A DNA stretch of 51,321 nt from a virus (Duplodnaviria; Caudoviricetes), in the IMG/VR virus record IMGVR_UViG_3300021517_000001, positions 1-51,321 of that record; one strand, written 5' to 3'. Of the stretch, positions 45,647 through 51,321 are shown in pieces. The position numbers were made by a program, and so were the translations under genes. The notes beneath the pieces were generated by a model. It had not been told where the DNA came from and did not search any database. It saw only the letters and a list, made by a program, of their open reading frames with translations. Numbering within the stretch: position 1 is the stretch's first letter; the number at the start of each line of letters is the position of its first letter.

Positions 45647-46525
45647 CTACGCCGGGATCGGCTCGAAGTCGGTTTCGTAAAGAATGCCGACTTTAGCTGC
45701 TGCCGCTGGGGCTGCTGACAAAACCACGACGCCGGTCGATGTTGAGACTGATGTAGCCGCAGTAGGCGTCCCGGCGATAACCACCTCGTTGGGTGTATTA
45801 TTGACGGTGACCACATTCGAAGTGGGCAGGAATCCCAGCGTGATTTCGTCCGCGGTAGCGTCACCCAAAAACGTGGTCAGTGCGAGAGGCTTTGGCGTGA
45901 CCAGAGCGTACATCAGCGCACGGTTTTGTTTCAGAGACATCGCCCCATCTTCAAAAGCCAACCCATGAGGCTCGAACTCAGACATGGTTGGCGACACCGT
46001 ATAGGTGACATCCCCAGCAGCCTGGTAAGACATCTGAGGAAATGTCGGCGACACCTGGCAGCGCGGAATGATGTAATGAATGTACAGGTTTTCCCCATCA
46101 CTACCGTCCTCGCGCGACTGGAAGATTGTCGTCAGCATCAAACCCAGCTGAGGGGGAGCCCCCAGGTTTTCGTTGGCCGAAAAGCGACGCCAGCGCTGGT
46201 TCGTCGTTCCGTCGGCGGCTGAGTTCGTCGCAAGAGCGTGAAAGTCGCCGTCGAGATTAGACAGGATTAGGGGGAAGCTTCCGATTTCATTGATGCCGAA
46301 CATGACCTGACCCAGCCAGCGATTGCCCCCAGTCAGGGCCACCACTGTTCGAGTGATTGCTGGAAGAGCCGCCGACCTCGGAAAGGCCAAAAGCTTAGCG
46401 TGCATGGTAGAGCCGTTAGACGCCACTGCCCCGGTAACGCCGTATGAAAACGACCCTGGGCCGGCAAGCCAGACCTGCGCGTGTTCAAGACCTACGACAT
46501 TGCCGGATTTAGATGTTGTAGCCAC
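45647..46525 (-). CDS. Major tail tube protein
   Basis: 292 aa, Thr/Ala/Gly-rich, position; GAGGAGG SD. Confidence 0.75.
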   Translation of the reverse strand: MATTSKSGNVVGLEHAQVWLAGPGSFSYGVTGAVASNGSTMHAKLLAFPRSAALPAITRTVVALTGGNRWLGQVMFGINEIGSFPLILSNLDGDFHALATNSAADGTTNQRWRRFSANENLGAPPQLGLMLTTIFQSREDGSDGENLYIHYIIPRCQVSPTFPQMSYQAAGDVTYTVSPTMSEFEPHGLAFEDGAMSLKQNRALMYALVTPKPLALTTFLGDATADEITLGFLPTSNVVTVNNTPNEVVIAGTPTAATSVSTSTGVVVLSAAPAAAAKVGILYETDFEPIPA

Positions 46526-46534
46526 TTGTCCTCC

Positions 46535-47050
46535 TCAATACGGTTTGCCCGTACGTGGAATGTTGATTCGAAGAACGATTGACAAGACGAAGTCGACTGC
46601 GGCGAATGTTTTCCCTCCGGGAGCTGGCACCACAATTGACCCTGAATCTTCTGTGCGGGTAAGCCCGTCGCAGTACCTTAAAGGACCGTGAATTGTCGTC
46701 TCAAGCCGGGGCCTCGAGTGATAATACATGTGCACCCGATCGATGACGGGGTCGGTCTTACGAGCAATCTCTGCGCCGTCCTCCATGTCATTAGAACCTC
46801 CGGCAAAAGGCAGAACCAAAAACCGCTGGACGAAGTTTCGATGAATCGTCAAGACCCCTCGAGAAGCTGAAACGGGTTCAAGAGTCTCCCCCGTAAACCC
46901 ATAAGCGCAAACGCAGTCTTCCCGGACAACGGCTTTGGATGGTGGAGATGACCACGCTCTTTTAATCTCGAAGATATCGACAGCGCATTCAGCCAAGCGG
47001 TCCTTAACCATTTGAGTAATGAGATCCAGCTGTTGTAGTTCTGCACCCAT
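46535..47050 (-). CDS. Tail terminator-like protein
   Basis: Size and position before the major tail gene. Confidence 0.55.
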   Translation of the reverse strand: MGAELQQLDLITQMVKDRLAECAVDIFEIKRAWSSPPSKAVVREDCVCAYGFTGETLEPVSASRGVLTIHRNFVQRFLVLPFAGGSNDMEDGAEIARKTDPVIDRVHMYYHSRPRLETTIHGPLRYCDGLTRTEDSGSIVVPAPGGKTFAAVDFVLSIVLRINIPRTGKPY

Positions 47051-47892
47051 TAGACACTCCGAATCCTTGTGGGACGACGCAGCAGCTTAATCGTCGATTG
47101 AATGTCTTTGGGGACAACAGACAGGTCGACGGTTTGTTGTTCTTCCCCGACGCTGATTACTCCGTACACGGGGGATTCGTCGTGTTCTGCCGACCACTGG
47201 GCTAACCGGGTGACGGTTCTTTTGACTAGAGGGTCAATGTCAAAGACGTAGACTGTCGCTCCGGCTGAAATGTCAACAGCCGTCGTCCCGTTGTGCCCCC
47301 GAACAACAATAGCTGTATCGTCAACCTCGCTAACATCTTCGACGAACATGAACTCTTCGCCAATACGAATTTGACGTCCCCACTCGAGAGGGCCGAGGCC
47401 TGTCAGGGGAATTTCAGTCACGTTGTCATCGACAGACGCCGTGAGGTTGACCTTGGCTGAAGTCCAGCGGCCGCCGTAGCCCCAATAGCCTGTTATAGTG
47501 ATCGACCTTCGAGGATTGTCTGTGTTCGATATCCATCGGTCGAACCTGTTAGCCCATTGCAGAGACGTGTAATATGCTGCTGCAGAATCGTCAGGCATCA
47601 GCAAAACATCGGAGAGGTCAATAGCTGTAGCGTCCCCGTTGGTCAGGGTTGACAGAGCTTGGAGGTCAGCATCTAAGTATAAGATGCCTTCGTCTATGTC
47701 TCCTCCGACGTCCCGGTAACGCGCGTTCGCGTACCTGGTTGCATAGTAACGATCATATCGGCGATTCGTCGCGAGATCGAAATACCGGGTAGATGACAGG
47801 ATCAATTCCTGCATTCGAAGAACGAACTCGAGATCGGTATTGTCGGTCCCCATCGCTCTTCGAAGAACAGACAACCAGGTGTACGCGCGCAT
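47050..47892 (-). CDS. Head-tail adaptor (gp6/gp15-like) with inserted beta module
   Basis: N-terminal AY, D..T.R.Y, ITITGYWGY, C-terminal VP.DI...I..LRR. Confidence 0.75.
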   Translation of the reverse strand: MRAYTWLSVLRRAMGTDNTDLEFVLRMQELILSSTRYFDLATNRRYDRYYATRYANARYRDVGGDIDEGILYLDADLQALSTLTNGDATAIDLSDVLLMPDDSAAAYYTSLQWANRFDRWISNTDNPRRSITITGYWGYGGRWTSAKVNLTASVDDNVTEIPLTGLGPLEWGRQIRIGEEFMFVEDVSEVDDTAIVVRGHNGTTAVDISAGATVYVFDIDPLVKRTVTRLAQWSAEHDESPVYGVISVGEEQQTVDLSVVPKDIQSTIKLLRRPTRIRSV

Positions 47893-47895
47893 AGG

Positions 47896-48249
47896 TTATT
47901 CTTCTCTCTTGGGCGAGGGTTTGCTGATCACAGCGTCCTTGACCGGGAGCTTCTTAGCCGGAGGTTCTTGTGAGGAATCTTCGGCGACCGGGGCCTCTCC
48001 TTCGGGTTTCGCTGGGGGCACGTCGACTGGCTTCGTAATTTCATGTTCGAGCTCTGCCAGGGCATCTTCGGCATTTCTCGCGCCGACGATGATCGCGCGG
48101 CCGGATCGAACCAGGAAAGGTTCAAACCCCAACAGTCGAGGATCGCCGACCTCGTAGAGACCCTTTTCGATGAGGGTTTCGTTCGTAGGGCGGCCCTGGT
48201 AGGCCTTCGTGACCTCAATAAACTTCGTGGAGGACTTAGCCATGAGCAT
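47896..48249 (-). CDS. Hypothetical protein (head region)
   Basis: 117 aa with Pro/Glu/Lys-rich tail. Confidence 0.6.
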   Translation of the reverse strand: MLMAKSSTKFIEVTKAYQGRPTNETLIEKGLYEVGDPRLLGFEPFLVRSGRAIIVGARNAEDALAELEHEITKPVDVPPAKPEGEAPVAEDSSQEPPAKKLPVKDAVISKPSPKREE

Positions 48250-48256
48250 TTAATCC

Positions 48257-48802
48257 TTACGGGTTAGACAGCCCAACCGATCCAATGTTAAGCAGGATGA
48301 GATAACGAGTGACTGAAACCGCTACCAGCACCAAGGCCTCCCCCGGAGCGTTGAGCGTCGCAGTATCATTCGTCCCGTCGAAAGTGACCCCGTCCGGCAG
48401 AGTCACAGTGTGTGCGATAGTGCCCGAAGCGCTGGTGTTCGCAATGATCAACAGCTGTCCTGGGGCAGGCGCGGCTGTGATGGTTGCAGCAATGATTGTT
48501 GAGGCGTGGGACAGTAACAACAGCCCGGCTGCGATAGTCACGTTCCCGGTCGCAGTCAGTGTTTGAACTGCGAGGGTCACTTCTCCGACGATATCGCCGG
48601 TGACATTTCCGGTCAAGTTGCCGATGACATCTCCGGTGACATCTCCGGTAACATTGCCAGTCAGGTTGCCAGTGACGTTTCCTGTAACGTTACCGACAAA
48701 GCTTCCGCCTTCAACAGGGTCGCCGTTAATGCTCAGGGTCGTAGTATCGACGTGTTCGAACTTAACCCTGGCGTTCTTGCGGGCAATTACTAAATCGCTC
48801 AT
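48257..48802 (-). CDS. Head decoration/fibre-like protein with G(N/D)(V/L)T repeats
   Basis: GNVTGNVTGNLTGNVTGDVTGDVIGNLTGNVTGD; directly after the capsid gene. Confidence 0.65.
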   Translation of the reverse strand: MSDLVIARKNARVKFEHVDTTTLSINGDPVEGGSFVGNVTGNVTGNLTGNVTGDVTGDVIGNLTGNVTGDIVGEVTLAVQTLTATGNVTIAAGLLLLSHASTIIAATITAAPAPGQLLIIANTSASGTIAHTVTLPDGVTFDGTNDTATLNAPGEALVLVAVSVTRYLILLNIGSVGLSNP

Positions 48803-48843
48803 GTGCGCGTCCTCGCTTGGGTATTAAACGAATTCGCTGGGCA

Positions 48844-51225
48844 CTACACAGCGACGTTATAAGACAGAGCGGCTGCCTCATTGTCACGGTATGCGATGCC
48901 CCAGCGCATGTGCGCGACGACCTGAGTCACATCCTGATATGCGAAGTACGTGACATCGGTCTGCAGACGGCGCTTCCAGCGAGACACCCACTGATCGGGC
49001 CGGACCAGCAGAATGCGGCCCTTGGTGTTGTTTGAGCCTGTCCCGGAAATCATGCCGTTCGTGTTGGCTTTGCCGAGCTGAGCAGAGCGCAGGACTTCGA
49101 TACCCCAAATGCGGGTGAGGACGCCATTCTCGATCGTAGCGTTCGTGAACACGTCGTGCGTCTTCAGGGCCGCAATGCGCAGCGATGCAAAGTAGGTCGA
49201 GTTATCGACCACGAACATAACCCGGTCAAGATCTGTGGCGTACTTGCCTTCCGGCCCGAGCAGAGGCAGCAACAGCAGGTAGTCGTCCTCATCCAGGGTC
49301 GCACCTGCGTCTCGAGCATTGGCCGTATTCACGACCAGAGGCAGATGAGCCCACCCGTCGAGAAGGGTATACGCAGGACGCGTCGGCGCTGACGCCGGAG
49401 TACCATCGATCAGGTTGATGTTGGAGTTTGCCGTCAGCGTGACATCCCCGCGCAGCAAGATCATTTCGATCTGCTCGGCCGAGGTCACCTGAATCTTGCG
49501 CTGAGCTTCCTGAACGATCGGAACGATGCTGTCCTCAACCAGCTCTTGCTGGAAGACCATCGCAACCGAGAGCTTCGCGACGTTGACCGCCTTCTCACCG
49601 GTGCCGATCTTGCTGGTTGCAAACGTCGGAGTTGCCATGCCGGAAGACGTGTCGATGTCGGTGGTTCCGGGTGCAACATACCAGCTCGGATCTGCGCCTT
49701 CAAGCGGAATGGTCTCAGCGTTATACCCCTGAGGGATTTCCGCGTTATCCATGCCCAACGCGATCGCGCGATCCCATACCGGAGTGTTCTGCCGGATAGT
49801 TTCCCACATCGTGGTGCCCTGCAGGTCTTTTACCCACTCAAGCCCCACCCCGGCGTCGTCGGTCTGCATGACCTCGTTGGCACGAATGGCGCGACCATCC
49901 TTGCGGACGAAGTTTTTGCGAATCTCCGGGTCGTTGAGTTCTGAGTCGCCGCGCTCGATTCCCACAGCCGTCTTGTAGGTCATCTCCTTCAGGTATTCCT
50001 GACTGACCGGCGACATGCGACCGCGCAGAGCCCTGGGCTGGTTAGCTTCGAGAAGGATGTACCCGAGAGCCATCTGTTCCGGGGTCATCCCATCAAAGCG
50101 GCTCATCACCTCGATCCGAGATCCGGTGCCTCGAGGCGCGATCGGATACAGGTCGTTCGGAGCCGCGTGCTGCTGCGACCGAGATTGCGACTGTTCGCGA
50201 CGTGCTTGGCGCTCGAGGGCACGAACGCGCCGATCCAGCTCGTCGTCGTCATCATCGTCGTCATCCGGAACATGCCGCCTCTTCGAGGGCTTCTTGCTGC
50301 GGCCGGCCAGCGCCAAAAGCTTCTTGAAAGCTTCGACAAGATCCGGGGGCAAAGCTTCGCCTGAGCCTTGCAGTTCTGAAGCGTCTGCTTCAGCTGCAGG
50401 GTCTTCGACGTCCCGGGCTTCGTCTGCTTCGGGGGCGGACATTTCTTCGACCGGACCAGACATCTGCGCGATCAGGTCCATGATGGCTTCTACGCCGTAC
50501 TCCTCTACGAGAGCGGCGAGAATTTCTTCAGGAGACGCGTTGACGTTCTCCTCCTTAAGCAGCTCCTGCAACGTCGCCCGGATGGGCGAATTGCTTGCCT
50601 TGCGGCGGGACTGCTTCTGACGTGCGGCAGTCTTCTTCATGGGTGGGTCCTCTGAGATTGAATTAGATTTCTGTCTTGGCTGCCCCGGAGAAACCTTTCC
50701 CGGCTTTGGCCCGCCTTTTACTGACCGTACTAACACCACGGCTGGCATTCTGTCTTCTGCCGGAGTCTTGGTGAGAGATACCTCTGCTAGTAACCAACTG
50801 ACAAAGCGGCCGTCGTCGTCAAAGTCTGCAAGGTGTGGGGACGACCCGCTGGAGGTTTTCAAAACGCCTGAAACCACTTCTGACAGGATCCTTTTAAAGT
50901 GCCGGGATCCTCGATCTAAGATAGCGCGAAATCCGATGCCCGCGGAGTCGAAGAAGACTTTGTAAATTCGCCCGACAATGTCTTTGCGAATAACACTGTC
51001 ATCCGCGTGCTCATACATCAAAGGGATCGGAAGGAAGTCCAGTCCCATTTCGGGAGGACGTTCTTTGTCAAACCAAGTATCGTAGCTGTCTCGCTGATCG
51101 GGAGAACCCCATATAGCGATATAGCCTAGAATTTCCCCCCGAGCGTGATCTAGCACCTCTAGGGAAGGTTGTGGAAGAACTATCGCCGTCGAGGAGGCTC
51201 GATAAGATAAAGAAAAACGCTTCAT
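48844..51225 (-). CDS. Prohead protease-scaffold-major capsid protein fusion (HK97 fold)
   Basis: Protease GYIAIWG..D.Y, LMYEH, SSG, EVSLT.TPA; acidic/coiled linker; capsid KL......ELVEDS, LRGD, G..VLRS. Confidence 0.9.
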   Translation of the reverse strand: MKRFSLSYRASSTAIVLPQPSLEVLDHARGEILGYIAIWGSPDQRDSYDTWFDKERPPEMGLDFLPIPLMYEHADDSVIRKDIVGRIYKVFFDSAGIGFRAILDRGSRHFKRILSEVVSGVLKTSSGSSPHLADFDDDGRFVSWLLAEVSLTKTPAEDRMPAVVLVRSVKGGPKPGKVSPGQPRQKSNSISEDPPMKKTAARQKQSRRKASNSPIRATLQELLKEENVNASPEEILAALVEEYGVEAIMDLIAQMSGPVEEMSAPEADEARDVEDPAAEADASELQGSGEALPPDLVEAFKKLLALAGRSKKPSKRRHVPDDDDDDDDELDRRVRALERQARREQSQSRSQQHAAPNDLYPIAPRGTGSRIEVMSRFDGMTPEQMALGYILLEANQPRALRGRMSPVSQEYLKEMTYKTAVGIERGDSELNDPEIRKNFVRKDGRAIRANEVMQTDDAGVGLEWVKDLQGTTMWETIRQNTPVWDRAIALGMDNAEIPQGYNAETIPLEGADPSWYVAPGTTDIDTSSGMATPTFATSKIGTGEKAVNVAKLSVAMVFQQELVEDSIVPIVQEAQRKIQVTSAEQIEMILLRGDVTLTANSNINLIDGTPASAPTRPAYTLLDGWAHLPLVVNTANARDAGATLDEDDYLLLLPLLGPEGKYATDLDRVMFVVDNSTYFASLRIAALKTHDVFTNATIENGVLTRIWGIEVLRSAQLGKANTNGMISGTGSNNTKGRILLVRPDQWVSRWKRRLQTDVTYFAYQDVTQVVAHMRWGIAYRDNEAAALSYNVAV

Positions 51226-51321
51226 GGCAGGAACGCTTTCACAGCTTTGTCAAGCTCAGCATCTAAAGCAGCTTCCATGTCTGACACTGACTTCTGAATA
51301 GAAACGCTCATCGGCTCCCAC
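51195..51321. repeat. Terminal direct repeat, copy 2
   Basis: Identical to 1-127. Confidence 0.95.

Noticed and set aside
48590-48695. 12-bp DNA tandem repeat as a regulatory element
   Set aside because: Explained by the G(N/D)(V/L)T peptide repeat with synonymous variation
50236-50265. GAC/GAT microsatellite
   Set aside because: Encodes the poly-Asp stretch of the capsid fusion linker
51195-51321. 127-bp end repeat as a biological direct terminal repeat
   Set aside because: The length equals a common assembler k-mer and the repeat falls within coding sequence, so it is best explained as a circularisation overlap
1-51321. Stop-codon reassignment, tRNA genes, introns or inteins
   Set aside because: Standard-code ORFs tile the genome densely at normal lengths; no tRNA cloverleaf or intein motifs recognised by eye

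Overview
This window is an apparently complete, circular-mapping tailed phage genome of about 51,194 bp. Bases 1-127 repeat exactly at 51195-51321, most likely an assembler k-mer overlap. Almost all genes are on the - strand. Morphogenesis genes are terminase small and large subunits; an unusual 1250-aa portal/degenerate 2H-phosphoesterase-like/MuF/ADP-ribosyltransferase-like fusion followed by a candidate immunity gene; an HK97-gp10-like gene; a protease-capsid fusion; connectors; major tail protein; a tail chaperone with a -1 frameshift (T TTT TTA); tape measure; hub; and a set of paralogous receptor-binding-like genes. Replication and recombination genes are a prim-pol/D5 helicase, tyrosine recombinase, DUF932-like protein, SNF2 helicase, RuvC-like nuclease, Sak4-like ATPase, DUF669 SSB-like protein and a family A polymerase with an N-terminal UDG-like domain. 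The most notable locus is a 7-deazaguanine (preQ0) cluster, queD-queE-folE-queC. It is followed by a DUF1599-like gene, a short Zn-less TGT/DpdA-like gene and a PolA with non-canonical motif residues, with a MazG-like gene further on. Non-coding DNA holds two collinear ~122-bp palindromic origin-like elements, an 11-bp-period direct-repeat motif upstream of four promoters and a shared early-promoter motif. No endolysin, repressor, tRNA or CRISPR array was recognised. All family assignments come from motif recognition by eye, not database searches.
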